Source of the DNA: Octopus bimaculoides
Taxonomy: Eukaryota
Length of the DNA stretch: 64,000 nucleotides
Assembly: GCF_001194135.2 (NCBI RefSeq)
Contig: NC_068988.1
Span: 4,967,790 to 5,031,789, forward strand
Direction: 5' to 3'
Made by a program: the position numbers and the translations under genes. The number at the start of each line of letters is the position of its first letter. The stretch's first letter is position 1. Shown here one piece after another: positions 52,106 to 64,000 of this stretch. Under the pieces are notes generated by a model that worked only from the letters and a program-made list of their open reading frames with translations, did not search any database and had not been told where the DNA came from.

Positions 52106-53385
52106 TCCATAAGGTTTGTACAATTGCAGCCAGCAGAAGGAACTTGTCAATATAGAGAGTTATTTGATTGGAACTTGAAAATTAAAGTCGGCATTTTGAA
52201 CTTCATTAATGGCATCAGACTTAACTATTCTTTAGCATAAATAATAAATGAGTGACTTGATAAATAACGGTCAAAAAACTATCTGTCTGTCCACAGTCAC
52301 AGAAAATAGTTAATGTATGTCTGAATATATCAATGTAGTAGCCATCGAAATATCTATGAAGAAATAATTATACTGTGAGAAACAATGATAATATTAGTTC
52401 AATGACTGATATTATTTCCTGTACATTGGCATTTACAGAAGACAATTGCATACAAGCTTTGCCATTATTAGAGTTCCTCAGTACAACATAAACTTGATAG
52501 TTCTTGTCGAATTACAGATAAGAAAATCACAAAGTCTGAACTATTGTACACAAGGTGAAAAATTGTTTTAATTAGACAAAATATTCTCAGAATTCAAGAG
52601 AAACAGACAGAGACAGAGAAAGAGAGAGAAACCAGTGATTCTTCTTGCCAGAATACAGTAGAAGAGTATACTTCGGAAGTATTATTCATCCTTAATGTAA
52701 CCGATGCACAACTGTACAAAGATTTATATCTACCAATACCACCCAGTTTCTGAGAATTTACTAGTTTTACAATATCGGTGAAATATTCGAGGATTCACTT
52801 TAATTTTTAACCATTGCAGTATGTGCGATCATGAACTGTAATATTTCATTGTTGTAAAAATGTCTTTTAAACGGAGTGACGAGAGTAAACAAACCGTCAT
52901 TAGCCAACAATTTATAAAAAATAGAAACAATATTAAAGTAGAATGATGGACTTCTATGAATGTCTGGTTTATTCAATACACGATATTGAATAAAAGTGTT
53001 TTCTCTCTTTCTCTTCAAATAACCTCATGCAAATTACGCGGCACTAAACTGTAGGTTGATATTTGAGCGAATGGATTTCCCGCTTTTGTTTATGGTAACT
53101 ACAATAATTGTTAATGAAAATATCAAGGGAGAAATATAGAATTAATATTACATTTATCAAAGTGTAATTATGCATTAGTAATCTAACTGGCACAAAACTA
53201 TAGAAACGAGGTTGGTTGATTCAAACAATATATTTTCTATAATCTATTGGATTCTAAAATTAAGAATCTCGCATTTAACGTATATTTTTCAAATAAAACA
53301 AATTATTAACGTCATCATAATCTATAATTCCATTGAAGATCAAAGTGATGGATGAAACTTTCTCATCACTTTAATATATATACGT

Positions 53386-53386
<1 letters not shown>

Positions 53387-53472
<86 letters not shown>
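53387..53472. repeat. (GT)n microsatellite
   Basis: Direct read. Confidence 0.95.
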
Positions 53473-53475
<3 letters not shown>

Positions 53476-55647
53476 GGTTGAAAGTTTATCGCTTGATGTT
53501 TATCTGGAAGGTAAATTCCATCAGTGTTTACGTCCAGAATTTTCAGTAAAAGAGAATTAAATTAAAGACAAAGAGATATGAAAATAATTTCGATATTATT
53601 CACATCAAATTTAAATAACAGTTTTGAATTAAAAGATCAGATGTTGTAAACGGTTGAAACAGATATTAATTATGATGTTGCGATTAATAACAGTAAATAA
53701 ATTAGTGCACTGCGTGCTCTGTATATCCAGTTTGCACAGTGTTTAGTATAGTCAATGAACCACTCGTTTGTTACAATTAAATAAAGAGGCAGACAGAAAG
53801 AATGAGATGTGTAGTGACAATGAAAAGCCATTACGTACTAGCCACTGATCATAAAGTGTAATAGTAGTAATTTAATAGTAATTACTCAAGAAAGATAACT
53901 AAAGCTATTATATTTCAACTTTGCTGAAGGAAGTGATATAGCAATAAGAACAATAAAAGCAGAGAGAAGTCAAGAGAACGCGAGAGACCTTATGAGCAAA
54001 CCTTGTTAGTGAGTACTTTATCATTGCGCTAAATTTTGATTTCTTGAAGTTGATAAAATCTGTGTCTGCTTCATATAGAAGTAGAGAGTCAGCTGTTGAT
54101 TGAGTTGGTTACAAGTGAACAGTTTCATTTTATTGTTCCTGACAACTAGAGGGAAACATTAAGTACATGTAAATGATATTTCATGACTAAGGTGAACTTG
54201 ACTTTGAAAAGAACGGACCAATCAACAATGAACATTTATGGGCAGTTACATAAATAGACCTACTACAACTCTTTTTGTTTTGTTTTTTTTCTTGTGGCAG
54301 TGTTCTTTGTTTTATTCTTTTCATCGACTATCATGACTCATTAGCACACAATAGAATTAACGGAGTAAATATTATAATGTCGAATACAAAATAAAGTTTT
54401 ATCAATGATAAATTATCGACAAATATAACAGTTCTGTACATTGGTTAAATATACAAGTACCTATCATAGGAAAGACAGCTAATAACTTTTATTATGAAAT
54501 GTCAGCAACTGGAAACTAAAATCAAACTATTTTTTTTTTAACACATTTTATTTAAAATATATTTTAGATTCATAATCCGTGTGTCTAATATGAATCAGCA
54601 TTTCGCTAATTGCCCACTTCCTACTTAAATAAACAAATATTTTTCTTTGCCTGATATGTTAGCAGCAGAAGAAATATAAAAAATAATAATCATAAATGTA
54701 AACTTTAGACATTACAAAGTGAATATTGTTTGTTTGTTGAAAAATATATTTCTTTTTATATCAGAATAATAATAAACCATTTGTTTTAAATTGGTTTATT
54801 ATATTCAACAAAGAAGCTGATGTGAATATATTATGATTGTAAACGTTAAAAGATTCTATGAATGAAATATTTTATGCCATATTAGAAATTAGACTTGAAG
54901 AGCCCACAAAATTGGCACTGGATAGAAAGTATATATATATATCACGGATTCGATTCAGGCCGGATTAAATTTAAGTTTATTTTCTGAGACGTAACGATAG
55001 TGAATAAGAATATAAATCGTGAGTTTGAAAATAATGGACGATAGACGAGTCGAGCTAAATCAAACATAAATCCACAAGAAAACTATTACAGAAAATTACA
55101 AATGAAGAGAATATCAAATTACCCGACATTATACATAATGTCTTAGAATTACCAAAAATTATCAATCGAAAATAAGTACTACGAAATAGGTCTCCAAAAA
55201 TTTAAGTATATGTTAAAATGAGTGCACAATTTTTAAGCATTACAAGCATTCAATTTCGCGAATTTACTCTCAGGCAACTGCAAATGTAAGTAGGTATGAA
55301 CTGTAAAGTAAAGCTGGACTGAGGGGAGCTGCTTTGTCCTGTATGCAAATGTTTTGCAGAGGGTGCGTGTACTGTCAGAGATTATACAGTCTTTTGTCGC
55401 ACATAATTTCTCGATACATTCAGAGATCAATAAAGATAATGAATCAACCGATATCATATTTGCCCTGGAATAAGTCAATTCGTCTCTTAGTGGTCACAGA
55501 AGGGCACAGAGCAGTATGACGTTATGTCTTTTATGTAGCATGGCACTGAATAATCTTCGATGACAGAGTGGTGGATTTTTTTGGTTGCAAATCAATGTTC
55601 CTAATTGTGTCTGTCTAGTGGGACTTGCTACCTCATCGACAGAACAA

Positions 55648-55836
55648 ATAATTTCGGGTAAGGGGTAAGTCGATTACATGGACCCCAGTGTTCAACTAGT
55701 TCTCATTTTATGGACCCAAAAAGGATGGAATGCAAAGTCGACCTCGGCGTAATTTGAACCTAGAACGTGAAGACTGGCGAAGCGGCATTATGCAATTTTG
55801 CCTGGTGTGCTAACGATTTTGCCAGTTCACCGCCTT
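55648..55836 (-). mobile_element. SINE family A, near full length
   Basis: Reverse complement aaggcggtgaactggcaaaatcgttagcacaccaggcaaaattgc..gttctaggttcaaattacgccgaggtcgactttgcattccatcctttttgggtccataaaatgag. Confidence 0.88.
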
Positions 55837-57102
55837 AAGAATTCTAAATATTAAATGTTATCTAATAATTATATATTTTTCATCTACTCGCTATTGAATA
55901 TAGTCGCGTTTGCAATCCTTTGTTTTTTTAACTGACTTTATTTTAAAATTTAATGCGACACTTAGGTGAGAAGGCACGTTGGATTGTCTCACATGTTGAA
56001 ACGAATCGTCGCCTGTTTCCTGAAATGTTTGGAAAGATGCTTTCTATTACTGAAGCAAAGTGATAATGGAAGCAAAGAGGCAAAATTATAACAAGAAATG
56101 TCTTTCAGAAGGTTTGAGAGGCGATAATTGATAGTAGATTCATCTATAGAAGAAAGCTTTAAATTAATTTAATGTAAGCGGATTAGCGAGAGACACAGTA
56201 GGCGGGGGTCATCAAAATTATTATATGCAGCAAGACTTTCCGTGTGCAGAGGGTGGCTATTATTTTTCTGGCGAATATCTAAAAGGATTAGAAACTGACC
56301 AATACAATGTTTTCTGCCCACAGAAAGATAAGCACTGACATGCAAATAACTTTTCTTTGTGAAGTCAAAATTATCTTTATTAACAAGGTTTATCTTGCAT
56401 TTTGAATAAAAGATATTTTCATCTAGCTTCAATATGGCGATAATAAAAGCTGTGTTCACCTCCAGATGTTCATTCGTAGAATGTGGTTTATGAATATGGA
56501 GGATATAACTTTTGTGTCATCGAGAATAAAATTTGGCGAAGGGATTGGTTGTTGGAATAAATGGGAAATCAAAAACAAAACTTCATTTAAAAAAACCTGT
56601 GATTTCTTGACTATCCAATTTAATATTGAAGGATAGACCGTAAACTTGTCCCCTTTGTTCTAATCCAGTCAACGAGTGCACTTAGTGTATTTTAATTGTT
56701 AAATCATTGTGGCATGAACGTAATTATTATTGTTGATGTTTTTGTTGTTGTGTGATTTTGTTTCTGAAGAGAGTGATATGGCTCATAACTGATAACAATC
56801 GGTTGTGTATAAATACAAAAGGTCCACATCCAAACAATGGCTATAGAGTGAGTAATTCTACTTGGAGCAATGGCTAATGTAATGTGTACTGTGAAGTAAG
56901 GGACCCTGTCGGGAGAAACAAACAGAAAACAATGAATATTTCATTTAAACTTTTGTTCTCTGTCCCCACCCATACGTAAAGAAATATTGTCGTTTGATTT
57001 TTTTTTTCTATTTTTAAGCAAATGTAAAAGGGACAGGACTTGGGCTGTGATGTAATAATTGGACACCCAGCTGCTTAAACTGTGACTCATTAGTGGGAAT
57101 GG

Positions 57103-57105
<3 letters not shown>

Positions 57106-57153
<48 letters not shown>

Positions 57154-57300
57154 CGAAAGAGAAGGAAAATAGGGAACAGAGGACAGAATGAGAAAGGAAG
57201 GCGGGAAAAGAGCGAAATCGAAAGAGAACGTGAAAAAGGAGAGAAAGAAAGAGAAAAAGAAAGATAAGGGAGGCATAATATGAGAGAGAAAATAGTAGAG
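57106..57300. repeat. (GA)n plus purine-rich low-complexity tract
   Basis: Direct read. Confidence 0.85.
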
Positions 57301-58704
57301 ACAATGAGGATGTGATTAGAAATATGAGTAATATATTTGACATGACAAATAAAGATAAAGAGGTGGCTGCATACAGACTATATTAGCAATCATATCTACA
57401 ATGCACAGATGGGAAGCTAACACTTTGTTTTAGAAACCCTACACTCACCATAACGGTTTATATTGACCAACATTGAAACGTTAATGCGTTCATTTATGTT
57501 GTCATCTTTGTATTAATGGATCTGTGAGTATACATATATTATTGAATGGCAGGCGCGTGAGAATTAGAAGGAAAGGAGAAATAAAGCCATAAGTTAGTAA
57601 TTCATCGAAATACACCACAGCAGTCACCTGCCGGAAATCACTAGACATGCTTTGTTTGTCTGTAAACAAATGGTAATCAGCTGAAGATCAATAAATTACT
57701 TTTTTATTAAAAAGTTAGTTATTTAAGAGGAAAAAACCTGGTACCATGTCACGAATCTAGTGATGATCTGTTAGTGATTAATACAAAATATAATTACTTC
57801 AACAGAAACTAAATAATGTATAGAATACATCCTTAAAGTTAGGTAAAATAATGTGATATATGTGAGATATGTACATGATTTCAAGAAAATATTGTATCTG
57901 ATTGTTAGCTGTAATGTTCGGCTATACGAAAATTCAAATGAAGTACCACAATAGTCGATGAGGTGACACTTCATAAAACTACCCGGTTGTATTCATAACT
58001 AATAGCTTTATCATTCTCTTCGTTGTTGGAACATTCACAAAAGAATCTCTCAACGTTAACTAATTTTTATTTCAATTGTATTAAAGTACATTTTATTTTT
58101 ATTGTAAATTCGTGAAGAAATAGTAAGCCTGCTGAAATATCAGCCAACAACATAAATAATAATTATCTATAGCTTCATAAATAGCTAAATGGTTATTTAA
58201 AATCAATAGTAGTCAGAGTAAGCAATTGCTGCTGGTGTGTTTATCAGTGTAGAACTATGTTGTCATGTCGAGATCTTTTTGTTTCTAGCGTCAAAATTAC
58301 CTTTATTCGCTTCGTTGGCTAAAACTGTTATTGCAATGGTTGAAATTCGACCAGGTTGAAAAGCTACCAATGATCTATTTGAACTGCTATTTTGGCAGCC
58401 AACTTTTAACGTTATTACAATATAAGCTAACATTCTGACATAAAGCATAGAGTTGAAAATTGACTATATAGCAATTAGGATTGTTATATTCCCAACGATA
58501 GTCGTCTTTCAATACGGAGGTAGCAAAAATAAGAGAAAAAAAGTCTTTCTTTTTCTTAAAGATTTACAGAAATATTTTAGCAGAGCATCGCTGAACATCG
58601 TGATGCAGGTAGGTAGGTAGGTAGGTGTGGGGGGGGCGTGTTTGTTTGCTGGTGTGTGTGTTTGTTTGTTTTACACTTCAGCCTTTGAGTGTTGTCATTC
58701 TCCC

Positions 58705-59000
58705 TGAAGCTAGTCTTGATCCAGCTGGTCTTTGATAACCAAAAGTGTTCCAGCCGTGACCAACTCGTATTTTGTCCATTGGAAATGTGCTTTTGATTAC
58801 ATTATTAAGCATTGATCTCTTCATTCTTTTTAAGATGGTAAGCGGCCATTCAAAGGAGATTTAACTTATGTTTAGCAAGCCGAGTGACTACACGGACGAT
58901 CTCTTAATTGGTTCGTGACTATGAATGTTCATGTTTAATTCCAGGTCAGCCTTGACCGAGCAGACCTATGGTCAATACACTCCAGCAGGGATCATCGCAT
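58705..59000. repeat. Two diverged copies of an approximately 50-bp unclassified repeat module
   Basis: agtcttgatccagctggtctttgataaccaaaagtgttccagccgtgacca (about 58712) versus agccttgaccgagcagacctatggtcaatacactccagcagggatca (about 58948). Confidence 0.4.
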
Positions 59001-59282
59001 CCTTTTGTACAATCATCATTACAACATTCAATGTGACATTCGTTGTTTTAAGATGACAGGCCGTGATTGAGGCGATTTTACTGTTATTTCTATCAATTCG
59101 AGTGACCATTTCGTTTGTGTATGCGAAGGCGTATTGTCTACCCGAGCATGCATGCTACCTGTATATGCATTTGTACACACCTGTCCGACTTGATGTCTAT
59201 GTTTGTGCCGGGTGTTCGCTGACATGAATTTGTGAATTTGGATTTGTTGGTGAGACTAAATGACTATTTGATTCAGGAGGTG

Positions 59283-59446
59283 CGTGTGTATATGTTTGCG
59301 TGAGAGAGTGTGTGTGTGTGTGCGCGTCTGTGTGTGCGCGTCTGTGTGTGCGCGTCTGTGTGTGTATATGTGTGTGTGTGTATGTGTGTGTGCACACGCG
59401 CATCTGTGTGTGTGTGTGCGCGCACGCGCGCGCGTGTGTGTGTGTT
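59283..59446. repeat. (TG)/(CG) alternating purine-pyrimidine block with a 14-bp subrepeat gtgtgcgcgtctgt x3
   Basis: Direct read. The composition is Z-DNA-prone. Confidence 0.85.
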
Positions 59447-60021
59447 CGACTGTGCGTGTTTAAATATAATGTTTAATATAATGAAATACTAATCAGAATA
59501 ACACAAAGATAACAAATCCGTTCGCAACAGGTATTGTCACGTGTTGCGGACTAAGTACACAAAAGCTCCATCTGTCCATGAATAGTAAGTCCTGCAGAAT
59601 GGTGGTGGTAGATGGTGATAATAGATGTGGAGCCGCACAAAATACGGGGATGATTTATCGAGTGACACATTACACCGACAGAGAAATGCTATATTATAAA
59701 TTTTCAAGATTTCTTGACTAACTGGATGACTTTCAGAGTTAGATCAGTATATGATTGGTGGATCTCAGTCGTTCAACGATGGGGATTCAGTTGATAGTCC
59801 AACTGAATTGTCTGCCCCTGAATTAATATGTAAGTTATTGTACAATCCACAGACAAGTGAATCTTTCATGTAGTTCTTTGGCAAAATCCGTGTACGACAA
59901 GCGTACACGTTTTGAAGTACAATCCACCAAGCAGACTTCCGTACAGTTTCCACTGAACAATTTCCCTCACAGTACAGTATATTGGTTGACTCGAAGCTGT
60001 AGAACAAGTCATTTTCCCGAG

Positions 60022-60100
60022 ATGCCAGATCTTAGTGAGATTGAACTCGGGAACCTCGTGGGTGCGAAGGGAATTTGTTAATCATTCGAGTATATTGCGT
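60022..60100 (+). mobile_element. Possible Tc1-like transposase N-terminal remnant
   Basis: MPDLSEIELGNLVGAKGIC*SFEYIA resembles the Tc1-family start M.DLSEFERG.IVGAR..G.S..EIA. Confidence 0.45.
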
Positions 60101-60589
60101 CCACAGGAACATGATATTAATCTGTGATCATCCAGTGTACATTATTATATTATATTTACATAATAAACGATTTACAGGATTATTACGAAATTATATGAAG
60201 TGGAAAGGGTAATATATTTACTGCGAGATAAATCCATTACAGAGGAGCATTACAAATGTCACATTTACTGAGCCTCAAACTGGGTGAACCAGGTTGAAAA
60301 GGCTGTAGATCGACACTTTTCTCGTTAACCAAGCCCCCATCAACTTCAATTTTCATTTGAAAAGATAAGTAAAGAGAGAGAGGGAAGTGTCACCTCCCAA
60401 CAATTTAGTTCGAAGGCGGGTGAATGTAACGCGAATAGTCCGAATGAACGAGTCTATTCTAAGCATTGCACCTCTAGATTGCGCATAGACGAAGGGGAGA
60501 AGGCACTTGCCCTAGAGGCCAGAGTGATCGTGGGTTTTTGTGAGGTTTCCACGAGCAGCCTTTAGAAGTCCCCTAATTTTGGGGATTCT

Positions 60590-60968
60590 AATACTTAGGA
60601 TTTTCATTGTCTTTATTTATACGTTTCATTCCCACTCTGGGTTACAGCAAGCAACCTTAGATGCCAAGAACCCTCTTAAGTATCCTAGCTGTCCCTAATA
60701 ACACTGTTTTCTGCAGCTGTACTAAACTGGGTTTTTATGCCTATTTCTTCTATCCATCTGTTCAGATCTTTAGGGATAGTTCCCAATGCACTGATAGCTA
60801 CTGGGATTCATTTTACCAGTACTTTCCATAGTCTTTGTAATTCAGTAGCTAGGTCCTGGTACTTTACTCTCATTAATTTTTTCATCATTTGGGACTGTAA
60901 AGTCAATTATTTGGCACGTTCTGTTCTCTTTATCTACTACTACCAAATCAAGCCTTCTAGCTTCTATT
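60590..60968 (-). mobile_element. R4/Dong-clade LINE 3' end (RLE domain plus 3'UTR), 5'-truncated
   Basis: IEARRLDLVVVDKENRTCQIIDFTVPNDEKIN..KYQDLATELQRLWKVLVK*IPVAISALGTIPKDLNRWIEEIGIK..QLQKTVLLGTARILKRVLGI* (stop 60657-60659), with frameshifts. Confidence 0.9.
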
Positions 60969-61147
60969 AGCACGTTGGACGAAATGCTTAATGGTATTTC
61001 GTCTGCCGCTAAATTCCGCGAAGATCGACTTCCTCATCGATAACTTAAGTACCAGTGAAACACTGGGGGTCCAGGAAATTGACTAGTCTCTTCCCCGAAA
61101 TTTCAGGCCTTGTGCCTTTACAAGAAAGCATTATTATTGTTGTTGTT
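60967..61147 (+). mobile_element. SINE family A, 5'-truncated and internally deleted, with an (ATT)/(GTT) tail
   Basis: ttagcacgttggacgaaatgcttaatggtatttcgtctgccgcta|aattccgc..taagtaccagtgaaacactgggg..ggccttgtgcctttacaagaaagcattattatt. Confidence 0.85.
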
Positions 61148-61158
61148 ATAGAAATAAT

Positions 61159-61205
61159 ACGGTGCCCCAGTATGGCCGTAGCTCTCGAGCTGAAACTAGT
61201 AAGAC
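61159..61205 (+). mobile_element. Isolated SINE-B-type 3' tail fragment
   Basis: acggtgccccagtatggccgtagctctcgagctgaaactagta resembles the B tail ggcggtgctccagcatggccgcagtcaaatgactgaaacaagta. Confidence 0.65.
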
Positions 61206-62698
61206 AATATACTATAAAACAACCACGTAAAATATCCTATCGGGGAAATAATTACGAACCAATTTATTCCTTAGAATCAAGATATGTTGTTACATTTATA
61301 AAAGAGAAATCTTCATAAAACATTTAATTTCATGGCAACCTCGAGTCAAATATTCTTCTCCTCTGCGACGATGACATCACATTTCTAAATGAAGTCTTCA
61401 CTGCAATCATCAAGTGTCATTAACAACATTCTATTGTTCAGGTTTTATCTGATGTCTATTGGAATATTCAGCAAAGCGATGAGTCAGTTCAACTTATTTA
61501 TCTATACACTGTTGCCTCCTCTTGTTTATGCCTCCATTTGTTTTGTCAAAATTCCATAGTGAACATTTAAAAAGAAACAAAGCACAAAACAATTCTAACC
61601 TAAAATTTTAATACTGAAAGGCATATTGTGCTAGATAAATGATAGGAGCTAATAAACCAAACTACTTTTTTTGACTACTATTCCAATTATGAAGCTAGAT
61701 TTCCCTATATCCTGTGAATTTAACAGCTCTTTGTCTAGTGCTGCTGTTGTTGCTATTTAATTCGTATAAACGGATTACTAAACGTGCATCACAATACAAG
61801 TGATTTGCAAGGAGGCATGAATTCCACTAGACAGAAACATGTAAGCTACGGAGTCTCTTTGTTTCGATCAACAAGCTTTATTCAACAAGCTTTATTCAAC
61901 CTATATGAGATTTTGTTGAAACCAACCGAGCCACTTTTAGAATGCAGCTCGATTCTGAAAAAGAGGAAGTTTCGAGAACTGCTTTTGTCAATGATTAAAA
62001 AGAGAAATCAATACAGAAAGTATTTTGTGGTAGGGGAAAGGCCTTGTTTTCTAGCCTCATTTTCTTTCCTTTTTTGTTTTCCATTCACAAAATAAATCCT
62101 TTGCAAACTGAGACAATAAATCACACTTTTTTTTTTTTTTCATTTCTCGAAACCACTACTTTGTTGTGGTTGTTTTTTGACTTCCGAGTTTTACATCAAA
62201 AACAGTTTTTATTTTATCTTTTCAGGTTTAGTTTCTGTATACGTACGTATTTTTTTTTTTTATATATTTCTATTTTCCCTCTCTAAATGCACTGTTTATT
62301 AAAAGGAAGACACGAGTCGCCTGTTTTCGCGAATTCTGTACAACTGACTCTAAATTACAGTTCAGTGTGCAACTAAACTAAATTCGACATTAAAAAAAAA
62401 GTACCATCAAATATCAGAAGAATTGTGCTTCTCTCTGTTGTTCTGAGTATTTTCAAGTCAACAACAAATGAGAATTCAGTGGAGAGAAACGACAATAGAT
62501 TATTTCATGAGTAGCGAGTATCATTAGCATCATCGTTCAAACCATTTTTACTCTGTGTTAATGCCTCACCAATGAAAAACACATTTGGCTCAAACTAAGG
62601 GGGGTGACCTCTATTTAAACAGCCGAGCTTACACTGGCACTCTTTCTCTGGATAACAGCTTCATAGAATAAACAATATTGATGGAAATCATGATGATA

Positions 62699-62988
62699 AT
62701 CGTTAACGCGTTGGACAACAAGATTACCAATATTTTCTACCGATTCTTTACGTTCTGAGTTCAAATATCGTCAAAGTGTTCAGTGCCGAACCAAATACAA
62801 GAGCTAATGGAATCGAAATTTCTGGCCTTGTGCCCAAGTTACAAAGAATTATTACAATTATTATTATAATTATTAAATTCTGCCGAAATTTGGGGGTCGA
62901 TAAATTAAGTAACAGTTGCGTACTGGGGATCGATCTAATCGACGGCCCTTCCTCCAAAATTTTAGATCTCGTGCCTATAGTAAAGAAG
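62699..62988 (+). mobile_element. Two tandem, internally deleted SINE family A copies (about 62699-62848 and 62875-62988)
   Basis: Each carries A-family blocks (ctttacgttctgagttcaaat..ggccttgtgcc; ggggtcgataaattaagtaacagttgcgtactgggg..gtgcctatagtaaagaag) and an ATT/ATC tail. Confidence 0.8.
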
Positions 62989-63001
62989 ATCATCATCATC
63001 A

Positions 63002-63062
<61 letters not shown>
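62989..63062. repeat. (ATC)n(ATT)n SINE tail, also the 3' flank of the adjacent Dong
   Basis: Direct read. Confidence 0.95.
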
Positions 63063-63063
63063 A

Positions 63064-63213
63064 AATCAGGGTTTGTTGGAACTCCTGTAATCTTGCATGT
63101 GTAGCGGGCTTGTTACCTGCAGCCTACGTAGCTATTTGTTCCTTTCAACGATCTAATAGTTTCCTGATGATTGTGGGCCGTTCCAAGGAGGCAAGCTTTT
63201 TGCAACAGCTCTC
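63064..63213 (-). mobile_element. R4/Dong-clade LINE extreme 3' end (about 150 bp) inserted in (TAA)n
   Basis: ELLQKACLLGTAH(+1)IIRKLLDR* (stop 63145-63147), then a short 3'UTR and (AAT)n. (ATT)4 lies at the other end. Confidence 0.82.
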
Positions 63214-63226
63214 ATTATTATTATTA

Positions 63227-63451
63227 TGGCAGAATCGTTAGCACGCTGGGCGAAATGCTTAGCGGTATTTCGTTTTTTTTTACGTTCTGAATTCAAATTC
63301 TTCCGAGGTCCACTTTGCCATTCATCCTTTCTGAGTCGGTAAATTGAGTGCTCAGCCACTTGCACGTTAATTTCACGAGCAGGCTGTTCCGATGATCGGA
63401 TCAACTGGAACCCTCGTCGTTGCAACCGACGGAGTGCCACGACGACGACGA
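63227..63451 (+). mobile_element. Chimeric SINE: family A head and core fused to a family C 3' tail, ending in (ACG)n
   Basis: tggcagaatcgttagcacgctgggcgaaatgcttagcgg..ttcatcctttctgagtcggtaaatt|gagtgctcagccacttgcacgttaatttcacgagcaggctgttcc..ccctcgtcgttgcaaccgacggagtgcc. Confidence 0.85.
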
Positions 63452-63594
63452 TCTTGTACAACCATGGATTATGTGGAAGTCAGCTTTGAATGAAATTTAA
63501 AATTCAGCCATGATGCAATAAACTTCGAGGAAAACGTATCTAATACCTTTTTTCATACATACCGTTCAAGCAATTAGATATCAATTTTATAATG

Positions 63595-63715
63595 AACGAG
63601 CCCCAAAAGAATAAGATAGACATTCAATCCTGGTGCGATTTGAACCAAGCGAGATAAATAATTTAATCTGTTGTTATTTCTTCTGTCTCAACACCATTCT
63701 GACTAATCAACAACA
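63595..63715 (-). mobile_element. Degenerate SINE family A fragment
   Basis: ccccaaaagaataag..cctggtgcgatttgaacc..ccattctgac resembles the reverse complement of the A core and head. Confidence 0.4.
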
Positions 63716-64000
63716 ATACTACTTCAGAGGTTGTTATTCCTTGAAATATTTCTCTAAATCATTCAAGCCAACCCAGAATAGTTGAATAAAAATAGTTATC
63801 TTGTTACATGTGTTGCCTTTAACTTTTGTAGTTTTATGAAACAAACACTCAAATGAAATACGTAAAAGAAGACCGAAAGAAACATTACAACAGACATAAA
63901 CATTAGATCCTGAATCAACTTAGATTTAGCAGAACCTAAACAGTGCTATTAACCAATTGTGTCCCCGATAACACAAGATTGGCTGAAGGAAGAAATTACA

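Noticed and set aside
56764-56790. CTGAAGA-GAG..CTC-ATAAC hammerhead-like string
   Set aside because: Two changes in GAAA and no stem I or III; compatible with chance.

Overview
AT-rich, microsatellite-dense animal genomic DNA with 10 N-gaps, each flanked by simple repeats. The SINE families and repeat density point to an octopus (inference). I found no intact host protein-coding gene, tRNA, rRNA or CRISPR array, so the window looks intergenic or deep-intronic. Most recognisable sequence is decayed mobile DNA: four R4/Dong-clade LINE fragments, a HERO-like (NeSL/R2-group) LINE, RTE and CR1/L2-group LINE pieces, two mariner fossils, an intron-containing Chapaev3-like transposase fossil and three tRNA-derived SINE families (called A, B and C here). 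The most interesting signals are: (1) Dong 5' ends joined head-to-head to SINE-A 5' ends at three loci, two via (ATT)n spacers; (2) a recursive-splice-like AG|GTAAGT site with a 70-nt all-frame-stop exon at 14.8 kb; (3) fossil minimal hammerhead ribozyme motifs; (4) an RTE/CR1 reverse-transcriptase chimera joined at the homologous motif; (5) a chimeric SINE; (6) weak candidate exons of a minus-strand transcript near an RFX X-box. All family assignments come from recalled motif consensus, not from database searches.
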